Shown: positions 14,001 through 25,669 of the stretch, piece after piece
Position numbering within the stretch: position 1 is the stretch's first letter
Layout of the letters: every line of letters begins with the position of its first letter
From: Takakia lepidozioides
Lineage: Eukaryota > Plantae > Bryophyta
NCBI GenBank assembly: GCA_030704615.1
Contig: CM060734.1
Span: 5,456,001-5,520,000 of the forward strand
Length of the DNA: 64,000 bases
Direction of reading: 5' to 3'
The notes under the pieces: model-generated
What the model saw: the letters and a program-made list of their open reading frames with translations, nothing else
The model's database searches: none
Told to the model about the DNA's origin: nothing
Translations under genes and position numbers: made by a program

Positions 14001-16017
14001 ACACGTGGGATGATTCCGGGCATGGTGCTGAAGATTAACTTCGCACACACAAAAGCAGCGCAGGCCCAAGTCCTGGAGGCCCCACCGCTCAAGGAAAACA
14101 GCAGAGCGCGTGCGGGTGCGTGTGCGGTCAATCCCGCACGTGTGTTTCTGTGCACTTGCAGCCCACGACGCGCAACCCCACACGTGCTTACCTTAATGTC
14201 GCTGCGCTTTATCCTTCTCCTCTCTCCCTCAAACCCCGTTCCGTTTTCCCCACCTGCTGCTGCTGAATAATCACCTCGCACCAGCCCATTTTTTTTCATT
14301 TCATGTACAGCGGCCATGTGGCTACAAACTGGTTGGGTAGAGTGCGTAGGTGGCGAACCAGCTGTTTTCCACGTGGATTGTACGTGGCTACAGCTACGCA
14401 CCATACTGTCGCAATATGGCTACCATATATGACCAAGAAGACATTGCAAGAGCGACACATGTTCAAAGCAGGGCAGATAAACCTGGCTCCAAGGCAGCGT
14501 TTCTTTGAAGGTATTTACATTTTAGCACAAGTGGCATCCATTAGAACCTTGGAGGAGCATGTATGGCGATTGTACAAAATGCGTAGTGGAAATGGCTGGA
14601 GATAATATGAGATTTTGAATGGGTATTGGGCGAATGAACCTAAAACCTAGTAGACTTGTTGAGGCGAATAACCCAGAATTGACGTAGCAAATTGGAGGGT
14701 TTAGGCATCATTGGAGACTAGGCAGAAATTATGCCAAACACCACCAAAAAAATTTAAACCACCATTCATAAGTAGAAAACCTTAAATTGGCTTATATTGC
14801 ATTTCAGTCAATCTACACTAAGTGGCATATTTGAACCCTGGCCCAAAAAGACCCTGCCTAATGCTACATGGCACATAGATAAGAAATATCAATGTTTGCA
14901 AGGCTCTTGGAAATACAAATAAAATTACCAAGTAACTTGACTCACAAAGCTTGTAAACAGTAATGAAGATTATCTGTCACTATGTTTTTTATTTTATTTT
15001 TTTAAAAAAAAGTATAAAAGGGAACCACCTGGGAGCGACAGCTCACAAATCAGGCCCCTTAGTGAGAGGAGAAAATAACCTCTTTCATTTATGCGCCATG
15101 GAGGCGAATGAGGGGACACCGCCCAGGAACCATACCACACCCGTCAATAGCAAGATTTGTTTAGTTTAACTATGTTTAGTTTTGTGTTTTATGGGAGGAA
15201 AAAAAATGAAAGAAGGAAGATGTGTTTTGGGTTTTTTTTTTTTTAGGTCCTAAATTTGCTGACATGTGTCCTTTCATCCCAAAAACAATGAATAAATGAC
15301 ATTCTCATTCCGTTTTTGTAACCCTCTGCCACCCTTTTGATTATCATCCTCCTCTGCAGGCACCCTTTTGCCCTCCTCCGCGGCCACCTTTTTCATATTT
15401 AGGAACTTTATCATCCAAACCAGGTTGCTATCAAAAAAACGTTGTGATGTTAGGAATTGAACACCAAGTCGATTGGCTCGGGTGGGAGATCTCAACCACT
15501 AAGCTATCCATACACAAATTATAGACATAGCACTACAAAGTCTATCTATAGAGACTATACTATACTTACCCATATATATATATATATATATATATGTACA
15601 AAAATGGGCAACATAGCTGGCTCCACGTCCTCCCGCGCACTCAGAATGCGGCGATGTCCCGCATGTGGTCGGTGGGATCTGGCTCCTCTGTTGTAAACTG
15701 TCTTCACTCAATATGGCGCCATGTGCCTCCCTGTGGCGGCCCCTCTAGCCAACGGCGGGCCCATCAGATCAGCGTTTGGCGAAAAATGATGATTTTTCAG
15801 CCTCATTTCCCTTTACCCCTGTCGCCAAGACGAAATCTGGCGATTATTCGCCACTAAAAGAATGGCTGCTCCAAGGGCCCTTATATTGGAGCAAAGTGGC
15901 TACCATAAAGGCCAATGTCATTAATCTGGCTCAATACAGTCGACCCTAGATAATTGTTATTCTTATAGAGCAGAAAAATTATAACATATCTTTTATTTTA
16001 TTTTTATCACATATTAA

Positions 16018-16285
16018 CCATTATGTTTTTTTTTAAAGAAAATTACCTCAACAATAGATTTTGAGGGAGGTAAAAAACAATTGTTGAGGTAATATCTGTT
16101 TACAAAACCATTATGTTTTTTTAAAAAAGAAAATTTACCTCAAAAATAGTTTTTGGGGGAGGTGAAAAACAAATTTTCAAAAAACCATCATGTTTTTTCT
16201 TAAAAGAAAATTACCTCAACAATAGTTTTTGAGGGAGGTCAAAAATAATTGTTGAGGTAATATCTATTTTCAAAACCATTATGTT
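16018..16285. repeat. About 3 copies of an ~80-90 bp AT-rich tandem repeat with an internal inverted repeat
   Basis: The unit ttatgtttttt..aagaaaattacctcaacaat..gagggagg..attgttgaggtaat..aaaacca starts at ~16021, 16111 and 16190. Confidence 0.8.
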
Positions 16286-16846
16286 CATGTTATATTGTTG
16301 TTTTCAAGTGTAAATTTTTGCAGAGCCAAGATTTCATAACATTAAGGGTAACATAACAAAAAAGCATTTAACATTTATCCGGGGCCGACTATATCCCACT
16401 TTGGATGGGACACATGGCAATTACGAATTTTTTTAATGTTTTTTAAATAAAAAATGGACAGAGACCCTTGTACTCAAATTAAATAAATATATTACGTCTT
16501 GGGCCTGTCGTGCACCTAAGCATCATGCCACAACATACATCGCTGTCCATCACACATTCTAAGCATACAATCCTAGAAAGCTATGCCACAATCGCCCCCA
16601 TAGCTAGTGATTAGGTCCCTCTAACACCGGATAGCTGACAAGTATCCACCCTATAAGATCACTGATTGGTCTTCAATTGCACAAATCCCAGTATCCGAAG
16701 TCGATAGATCAAGAGGCCGGGTGCAAAAGTAGCACCATCGTTAGTCGTCTTCCTGCAATCCATGGCTTTCACTGGGGTATCCATGGCGTTGAACTCCTAC
16801 TAGCCTGACCTTGGATCACTTAACAACTCCACCATTGGCATACCCA

Positions 16847-17897
16847 CTACCTCTGTCCAAGGCATCGTGGACACAACCATTCTCCACTAGGAACCTCCTC
16901 AAGTGGCGGTGTCAAGCATCCCATATGCCACCCCCTTGAGCATCTATCAAACACCAGCATGCCCACATAGCATGCAACGCAAACCCTGCAGATACGACTG
17001 GAAGGTTGGGCTATCCTCCCATCCACATGTGGAAGGTGACATGGCGCACGATTGCGCACATGGTCCTTCCATACCATGCCATCTCGACCCTCCAGAATCA
17101 ACACTCCCGAAAGCAACACCTCCCGTACCCATAGAATCACACGCCCTGTTGTGACATCCAAGGTTGTAGGTGTTGTCTGCTGCAGATACACATAGTCCCC
17201 AGGGTTGAATCTCCGAACACTCGGTCGATATCCGCCTCCACGTATGGTGGCATATCTCAATGTGTCTCAGTGTTGGGCAATAGCAAGGTTCTCAAAAGCC
17301 ATAGGCATGACTCTCTTGAACAACTCTGCCCGCTGGTCACACGCTTGTATCCACACATCCGGATCATCAAGGTCAAGGACTACTGCAGCCTCCCTGCGAA
17401 TAGATGCAGGCAAATCTGACTCTCGGCCGAAGAGAAGAAAGTAAGGTGAGAAGGAGACAAGTGACGCTTGTTTGCTGAACCTATAGCCCATAGCCAACCA
17501 AGGGAGCTGAAGGTCCCAATCTCCCAGGTGTCCCTTCTGCAAACCGTACTTGCGCAAGCCTCGCTTGACTGTTTGCACAACTCTCTCCGCTAAGCCATCA
17601 GCCTCGGGATGATCCCGAGAAGTAGTACGCTGGTCTATCAAGGCTTGCTCACACAAAGTTTGAAACTCCCCCAAGAACTCTCTCCCTTGGTCCGTGAGTA
17701 CCTCGGCTGGAGCACCGAATTGGCTAAGCACTCAATCTAAGAATGCATACGCAGCCCCTCACTCGCCTTGTCAGGCAATGCCACCAGTTCAATCCACTTG
17801 GAGAAATGTTCCACCATCACCAGCACATACTTGTTATGGCTAATCGTTAGTGGCAATGGGCCTGCGAAGTCAAGACTCCAATGATAGCCCAAACCCA
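16847..17897 (-). pseudogene. Gypsy integrase core with a C-terminal PHD finger (copy 1)
   Basis: DDE core motifs: SLDFAGP, VEHFSKW, LTDQGREF, HPEADGLAERVVQTVKR. C-terminus: CMLCG..(C)DRCSRGWHMGCLTPPLEEVPSGEWLCPRC, a C4HC3 PHD pattern, frameshifted. Confidence 0.9.
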
Positions 17898-17902
17898 TAT
17901 CA

Positions 17903-18288
17903 AAGGCTTTCTCCTGCTCCTCCTCCCACTGTCAGTACTGACCCACCTTGGTGAACTTGGTAAGAGCCTTTGCAATGCTTTAAATCCCTTGACAAACCGA
18001 CGATAGTAGTTTGTCAATCCCATGAAAGCACGAACTATGCTTACATCTATGGGGCGTGGAATGCGTGGAATGGCCTCCACCTTTGTCTGTTGAACACCCA
18101 ATCCTCCAGGGTATATTGTGTGGCCCAGATACTCAATCTGATCATGGAAGAACTTGCACTTTCCAGGGTGCAGTTTCAATCTATGCGCCCTCGAGCGCTC
18201 AAACACCACCTGAAGGTGTCTCTCATGCTCCTCAACTGTGGCATTAATGATGATGATGTCATCAATATAGCACCAGGCGAAGTCTAGC
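17903..18288 (-). pseudogene. Gypsy reverse transcriptase, C-terminal part (copy 1); RNase H deleted
   Basis: FAWCYIDDI, LKLHPGKCKF, IEYLGH and RAFMGLTNYYRRFVKGF. It joins directly to the integrase at ~17900. Confidence 0.9.
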
Positions 18289-18289
18289 C

Positions 18290-19138
18290 CGGAGAGTCAA
18301 GGATTGAGGATCAGTTGGAGGCCAAGGTGGCCAAGGTTTTTGAAGAGGTTGCGGATGTTTCTTTTGCGGAAAATGTTCTCAAGGTGGCTATGGTGGAGCA
18401 AGTGGAGGCTACGCCACAGTCAGGGTGGGCGGACAAGGCCCAAGAGGTTGCTATCTAGCAATCAAAGGATGCGTCTCCTACCTCCAAGCCTGGTGTACCC
18501 AAGGTTGCAGTCACTGAGGACAATTGGGAACCAGATATTGGACCTATAGTCACCGGAGGAGAGAGACGGAGGATCCAGCGGTTTTTAAAGGCTTATAGAA
18601 ATTGCTTTGCCTTCGGTTTGAAGGATTTGGGGAGTTTGAAGGGCCAGGAGATTCGTATTGATTTGGCAAGTGATACGTCAATTTTTCGAAGGCCCTACAG
18701 GTATAGTGACATGGAGAGGTCTTTGATCCAGTCACGGACTATGGAGTTGTTCGAAGCTGGATTGGTGGAGTTGTCAGGCGGGGAGTATGCCTCGGCAACG
18801 GTGATGCCAGCTAAGAAGGATATATATGGCAATTGGACAGAAAGAAAGATGTGTGGGGACTACCGTCCTGTGAGCCGTCAGACTAAGTCCGATAGATATG
18901 CCATGCCAACTCCAAAGGAAATCTTTGATGCCATTGGGCATGCGAAGGTGTTTAGCACATTGGACTTACGATCGGGTTATCACCACTTGCCAATCAAAGA
19001 GGCTTACAAGCAAAAGATGGCATTCTGGGGGATTGACCAGCATGGGAAGGATTGTTTGTACCAATGGCGCTTCCTACCATTTGGGTTGAAGAATGCTCCT
19101 GCAGAGTTTCAGAAGGTCATGGATAGGATTCTTGCATG
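18290..19138 (+). pseudogene. Gypsy reverse transcriptase, N-terminal part, inverted relative to the rest of copy 1
   Basis: ORF 18618-19256: RRPYRY, MCGDYR, FSTLDLRSGYHH, FLPFGLKNAPAEFQKVMD. It is the reverse complement of copy-2 sequence ~52100-52960. Confidence 0.92.
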
Positions 19139-19269
19139 CTTGAGAGATCCAATGACTTTCTCTTTGCGCAGAAAGAGAAAAAATATGCGACCGTCAAACA
19201 TACGTGACGGATGTGACTCAACGCGACGGACGCACATGACGTCAAACGTAATGTGACAGACAGATAAGT

Positions 19270-19995
19270 ATGCCGCACGTGATTGCCCCACTCGATTAAC
19301 CACCGCCAAAGGTGGACGATCATCATGTCGCATTCTCTGTGGTTGCCTCCCTTGGTCCAAAATGCCCTCAACCGTGAGGTTGAGTGGCCGTTGAATGGAA
19401 TCATAGGCTCTCTTGAGCAAGTCTGGTGGTGTAAGATTGGTCCACCACAACCTAGGCCTGTATACCCGTGAACCCACTGCAGCTGCATCCAACAATACAG
19501 CTGGTCCAATCCATGACCGGATCTGATGCACACTAGCCATAACCCTGGCCCGAGAATCCCCCATGAGAGGAACATTCTCCAGGATGTAAGCTGGAGGTTG
19601 CACTTGCCTCACCTGCAAGTCACGCAACACTCGCAACATCTCCCAAAACAGATGCGATCGTGCATCATGCAAACCATTACCATGACCTGCGGGAGAATGT
19701 GCTTGGCAAGGCCACCCTCCTATCACCAAGTCAATGGGACCATGCCAATCCAAATCCTCCACCCCCAGCATAGTAATGTCTGCTGGCAAGGCCTTTTGGT
19801 ACTCTTGAATTGCTGAGAGATGCAACAACTCAGGATACTGATGTGTGAGCAAGGCAACATGGCGCATGGAAACACGTCGAGCAATCTCATCATTCTCCAC
19901 ATACAAGTACTTGCGTACTTTGATTCTTGTTTGCAACACTCATGCAAGCCCAGTGCTCATGCCTCCAAACAGGTGTAGCAAACAAATGTCTGAGT
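19270..19995 (-). pseudogene. Retrotransposon-encoded DNMT3-like C5 cytosine methyltransferase domain (motifs I-VIII, copy 1)
   Basis: Motif I LLHLFGGMSTGL (~19955-19985), motif II YLYVEND, motif IV GPIDLVIGGWPCQ with catalytic PC (~19703-19740), SHLFWEMLRVL, motif VI ILENV (~19571), motif VIII LDAAAVGSRVYRPRLWWTNL. Confidence 0.9.
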
Positions 19996-20429
19996 CAAGT
20001 TGTTGCCAGATAATAGGCACTGTGTCCAATGGAGCTAACTGAGGAGGTCCAGGTGATGTCACTGAACTCCCCTCACCTACCGATGGAAAGGCCTCCTGCC
20101 ATGCTTACTGCACACACTGGCTTGTCACTTGCTGCAAATCCCCAACTGTACCCCACAGTGAGCTATGCACAGGAACATGAGGAAGCAACTCAGCCTTGTA
20201 TGCCAATTGCTTGTCCTCATCAGGTGGTGGCCTATCATCTGCATGGCTATTGCCTTCCAAGAGCTCACCACCCCAAGCCACCACACATGAGAATGTAGCC
20301 AATGGTGGCATCATGTTCCTATAATCCACCGCTACATTCCCAATAAACCGCACTGGGAGCAATGCATGTTGGCCATCCCCTGACTGCCACTCCGGCCTAT
20401 AGGATGCCATTTCCTCCCAAAAGTCAGAG

Positions 20430-21518
20430 TAAATCCCATGGGGTACAACACAACCCCACCAACAAGCACATCATAGGACATCGCGTCCGTAACAATGGCT
20501 TTGGCTCTCATGACTGAACCATCTATAGGATGATCTGGCTGTAGTCGAATGAAAGCTCATGGCGTGTGATCCCTCGCGCCTTCTCTGAACCACCTAAAGA
20601 CGTCTGAATCTGGAAAATGCAAGGCTCCAAATCCGCCTCTGTAAGGCCCAAGCCTGCAACTACTGCTCTCCCCAGCATCAATGGTTGTGCTCCCGAGTCC
20701 AACAAAACCCGCAGTGGCCTATACCTCCTCTCGGTTGGACCACCCAACTGAAACACTACATCCTGATTGTCCACCAAGACTACTCCAGGAGTCACCATGC
20801 TGCGCTCAATGGCTGGCCTAGCTGGCAACTCCTGCAACCTTGCAGCTGCCGCTTGCCATGGCGCAGCTGTGGCTGACTTCACCCTTGAATCCAAAACATC
20901 CATAGTTTGCACTTTATCTGCTATCTCCGCAGATAGTGCCGATGCATCACCACTCTCATAGAGTCTAGCTGCTAGTCTGAACACAACAGCTGGCCGAATC
21001 CCCGGCATTGCAATGATCATTGCAGAAAACAATGGAGCTTGACAAACCGCCGTAGCCGCCCCCAACAATGTACTGGCTGCACCTTGCTTTGCAGCACCAC
21101 CCACTGGCATTTCCCTAGCCACACCAACTCTCTCCGATGGTACTCGTGGCTCTACCTCTGACACACCTGGGCGAACAAGTGCCATTGATGACGTAGGTGA
21201 CATCGTCTCAGCCAATGTAAAGGACCGTGGAAGCCTTGTCTGACGACTTGCTTCCCCCTTTTGTGGATCAAAATTTACATCCGCTCCTCTTGGCTCAGGA
21301 GCACGCGTTGCTACTTGAGTGACAGCAGTATAAAAGTCCAATACATGCAATGGCCCTGCAAGTGCGGCTCTACACATTAAGCCCATACCAATCTGGTCTT
21401 CCCTAGGCATAGGAGGTTGTGTAGGTGGGGCTTGAACCTTAGGCCTTGGAGCTGGCGCAACATTAGTAGTTGTCATGGCAGCAAGCCGTTGCTCTAGCTG
21501 GGCAAACCTATCCATCAT
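20430..21518 (-). pseudogene. Gag-pol linker and retropepsin aspartic protease (copy 1)
   Basis: ORF 20523-21518 contains VLLDSGAQPLMLG. A YDVLVG-type flap end lies at ~20460-20480. Confidence 0.85.
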
Positions 21519-22290
21519 GCTTTGGTCATGACCTTGACCCTAACACTGTGCTCCTTGGTTTTGGTTACGACCTCCACCACGAGCTCTGCCTCCTCTACCT
21601 CTCTGGACTACATTGCCTCGTCCTCGGCCACCATTGTTTCTTTGGAACTGGCCTAGCCGTAGCTTAGGATGCAAGTCATAACAATGGGCCTCCTCATGCC
21701 CATACTTGCCACAATGCCCACACTGTAATTGTGTAGGTTGTGCCTGTGTCGGCCCTTTGCCTCTCTCCGGGCAATCCTTCTTAACATGAGGTCTTCCACA
21801 TGAATCCCAACAAGTCACACGCGAATGTTGTTGGCCTGAGAATGAAAGAAGAGACCTCTGCATCTGAAATCCTCTCTGTCCTTCCCTGGGCTATGCCTGA
21901 GCCCCCTTGTTGCCTTGAACACGTTGGGGTAGTGGTTGTTGTTGGCTACGAGCCCCACTTCGTTGTGTCTCCTTGCCAAACCCCACCATAACCACCCGTT
22001 CCTCCACCATATTGAGTTCTATCCGCTCTGACAGCAAAAACACATTTGCTAAGGTGGGTTGGGCCACTTGTAGGAGAGTTGCATTCCGCACCCTTCTCCT
22101 CAGCTCCTTGTCCAGGATCCCATATACCAGAACTTGACTGCCCGAGCTTCTGTAACCCCTTGGGTTACATTTATCAAGCACCTCATGCGAGTGTAAGCCT
22201 CCCTCAAACTCTCAGTAGGCCTCCGTTGGAACTCTTGCAAGCTCCGCAACTTCTCTGTCCTTATCCCCTGGTACTTAGAGAGTTATTTGA
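21500..22290 (-). pseudogene. Gag C-terminal part with two zinc knuckles (copy 1)
   Basis: YQGIRTEKLRSLQEFQRRPTESLREAYTRMR (retrotransposon gag motif), C..CGRPHVKKDC, CGHCGKYGHEEAHC and an RGG-rich tail. Confidence 0.8.
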
Positions 22291-23045
22291 GAGATCCTTG
22301 AAAGGTCTTGTCTATTGCTTAAGCAAGAGAGTGTGGAGATAGGGTAGTGGGATGAGAGCATGTTGTGATAGGAATTGCTTTAGTCTCTCTTCCTTGTAGT
22401 CTTCCATCCTCTCTGTAGTCCAAAACCTTTCCGTAGGTGGAGGCAAGAGTCAGTCCGGGTTTGGGCTGGGGTGTCTTGCAGAAGCGACAGTGTGGAGTGT
22501 TTTTGGTGTGGGGGAGTTACTGTTTTGATTTTCTTGTGTTTGGATCCCCTCCACACCTGCATGCTTGACTGTGCGCCATGTTAGCTTTGTGTGGGCGCTT
22601 GTTTTCATAGGAGGTTGGTCCGGATTTGATCACCGGCCAATCCTAGAGCGTGCTGTCGGTGGTGAGGCTGGGGTGATGACTAGTCAGACCATCATTGTTT
22701 CTCTTATGGTGAGGCTGGGTTGATGACCAACAGATCATAGGAGTGCTTGCGGTGGATGTAGGTGCAGGTACAGGTTTATGTTATGAACCTAGTAGTCTAA
22801 GCCATTAGCTGCAACATGTTCTCTACCCGATTACCTTGTGGAAAGGGGGATTAGAGACATGTTTACAACAGGTGTGGTTGTGAGTTTTCATCATGAAGGT
22901 GCCAGTAGTTGCTGAGGGAAGTGCCGATACGAGCACTAGCGATACTAGTGGGTACACAAGACGAGGTGTGCGGTTTAGGCCACCTTCACCTTCAGTGTCT
23001 TCTGAGGAAGGTTCAGACTAGGAGTCAGGAGGATTCTCGCCGAGG

Positions 23046-23535
23046 GTGCAAGCCATTTCCTTGCCATTGTTGTGGGACACGATGGAGGAAATGTATAGAG
23101 CTACCAAGGGGCCACGTCAATACTCTGGAGCTATGGGAACCATCGAGCTTGATTATTTCATACATGAGTTTGATAGTTGGTGTGATTTGCAGCAGATGCG
23201 CAATCCACAACTGTTTACACCTTTTAGGGCATGGAAAAGACTGTTTCAGCACCTTGAGGGGCCGCCTATGGACGATTACCATGAGTTTAGGCGGGGACAT
23301 GAGATGGAGATTGAGGAATGACGAAATATTGGTCACCTGACTATGTCTCCATCACTAGAGGCACAAGAGCAGCGGCGACACCAGCGGCGACACCAGCAGC
23401 TACACCAACATCTCCAACGGCAAGCACTAGTAGTGGGACAAGGTGGTATAGGAGCTGGGAAATCCACTCAAGCTCCTGCTGCAGCATCAGCACCCGTGCA
23501 TGTCTTTAACCCAGTTGTGGAGTTCTTCGAGGATC
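23046..23535 (+). pseudogene. Gag N-terminal part, inverted relative to the rest of copy 1
   Basis: YSGAMGTIELDYFIHEFDSWCD..LFQHLEGPPMDDYHEF..FNPVVEFFEDL. This plausibly continues into YQGIRTEKL on the minus strand at ~22275. Confidence 0.6.
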
Positions 23536-23539
23536 TTGC

Positions 23540-23890
23540 CAATTCTCGGCCCTCAAGGACCTGAAATAGTCCTTCAACAAGTCGCCAAAGACTCCTCAAG
23601 CTCGCCAAATATCGGCCTCTAAGGACCCCAAACAGCCTTCCAAAGGCTCCAAAAACTTGCCAAATATTGGCATTCAAAGACCTCACATGGTCCTCTAATA
23701 GCCCTCCAAAGGCTCCAAAAACTTGCCAAAACTTGGCATTCAAGGACCGCAAATAGTCCTCCAAACAGTCATCCAAATACCTCTTCAAAGTGGCTTACAA
23801 AAGATCCTCAAAGTGTCTTCCAAAAGCACCTCAAAGGACCCCAAAGATCCCCCAAACAATCCTCCAAAGGGCCTTGAAAATCCTCCAAAA
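23540..23890. repeat. Degenerate ~55-65 bp tandem repeat
   Basis: aaatagtcct(c/t)caa..ggctccaaaaacttgccaaa..ttggcattcaa recurs. Confidence 0.6.
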
Positions 23891-23911
23891 AAGCCCTATC
23901 TTGTCTTTACA

Positions 23912-25629
23912 TGTCACTATGTTCCTAGCCTATAGTGACCGTTCCCAGCCTATGGTGACGGTTCCCACACTTTGGTAACTGCTCCCATGCACCTAGGGTT
24001 TCATGTGCATCTCATGCTAGGGTTTGTGCATCCCAAGCTAGGGTTTGTGCTTCCTTGAGCTTCATGCTTGATCTCCTCAAGCATCCATGACTTCTATGAG
24101 ATACCAAAGTAAGCTCCCTTGCTCTTCTTCATCTCAAGCTACAACCAAGTTTGGTTCCAACTCACCTAGCAATGCATTTGCTACAAAACAAGCTCTCCTG
24201 CTCATAGGAACTCGAACAAGACATTCTTCCCCATTGGCAAGCATCAAAGCATTGCTCCCTTTTGGCTCTTGTTTAAACTCCTACATGCGCTTTTCCTTGG
24301 CCATTCACATGCATAGTACACTTAGCTTCAAGATGTTGCTCTCCTTTATGGTAACAAGAACCAACACATTGCCACTTCATGCAAAAGAGGAGTTTTCAAC
24401 TCTTCACTTACTAGTTCCAGTCTTTGTCCATGAATGGCCTTTGAGTCCACCACTTGAGCTCCTCTTTGAGTTTTGGTGATTCAAGCTCCCTTCATTTGCT
24501 AGCTCAAGAGCCACTCCTCTCAAGCTTGAAAAGGCAAAGCTTAAGCCAAAAACATGCTCCACACATGCACCACCTCATACACAAAGGAATGAACTCGCTC
24601 ACTTCACCTTCTAGCTTTCCTCAAGCTTGAAGTTGGAAGCCACACTTGGAAAGCATGCTCCATACATGCGCCACTTGCTTGGTCAACCACTTGTTTCACC
24701 AAGAGCAATCCAATAACTCATAGAACTAGCAAAAACACTCCCTTCTAATGCCTTAGCTTGCTTGTTTGTCAATCAAATGAAACCCCACTTGGCTTCTTTT
24801 TACCATGGAGAGAACAACCACTTCTTAGCTTATCTTGAGCTACTCAATGCTCCTCAAGTTACCCTTGTTGTACTCTTTCTATGGTGTTTCTAACCTAAGC
24901 ATGTGCCACTCTTTGGCTTCTCTTTCACACCATGAACAACTAGAGCTTGTTCTTGAAACCCTAGTGTCTATCTTCTCCACACACAAGATGCTTCTCTTGT
25001 AATGCAAGAGCTCTTTTCCAAGCTCTCAAACCCTTAGTGCACATAGAAGCCCTCTTTCTTGCAAAACCATGCAAGCTTTGTGATGTGAGGGCTCTCTCCT
25101 TAAGCGCTCCACCTCTATAGAGCAAAGTAATGCTTCTCAAACCCTAACATCCATGTTCTCCACGCCACAAGGATTTTCCTTTGCAACACCTGCAACACCT
25201 TGCAACACAAGAGCTCTCTACCAAGCTCTCTCCAACACACAAGTGCTAAACTAACCCTTATACTCCGCACTCACACGCATAAGGAGATCTTCTTCTAGTG
25301 AAAAGAGTTGAGAAATGAGAGAAGTGAAAGACCATCAAACCACTCTCAAATATGGAAGAAAACACACTAAGACCACACCCTAGTCCTTTCAAGTGTGAAT
25401 CCACTCCATCACTCATATATAAGTCAAGCCAAGGGCACCTTTGCTAAAGGAATCCGCCCTACTAACCCTCACACACTCTCTCTCAAGAGCTCAGGCTATG
25501 GAGGCTCAACTACAAGAATATGAGCCTTCCCAAGCCTCAAGTGGAGATAACCCACTCCACATCCCAAGTGAGATTATTCATCTCACTTGGCACATGGAAC
25601 CTAATGAAGTCCCAATGCACAAAATACAA

Positions 25630-25669
<40 letters not shown>

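Larger units (their letters stand above)
16506..23535 (-). mobile_element. Ty3/gypsy LTR retrotransposon encoding a C5 DNA methyltransferase and a PHD finger, copy 1 (decayed and rearranged)
   Basis: Minus-strand order is gag (two zinc knuckles), aspartic protease (LLDSGA), DNMT (GGWPCQ, ENV), RT (YIDD), integrase (TDQGREF..GLAER), PHD, PPT (tgggggcgat) and an 85-bp TG..CA terminus at 16506-16590. It is homologous to copy 2. Confidence 0.92.

Noticed and set aside
14457-14840. Possible hAT-type MITE (catgttcaaa..tttgaaccctg)
   Set aside because: The TIR match is short and imperfect, and there is no 8-bp TSD.
19109-19939. Bacterial restriction-modification methylase, contamination, or host DNMT3/DRM gene
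   Set aside because: It is intronless and sits at the same position within gypsy pol in two copies. There is no cognate nuclease and no host-type N-terminal domains, and the motif order is not permuted as in DRM.
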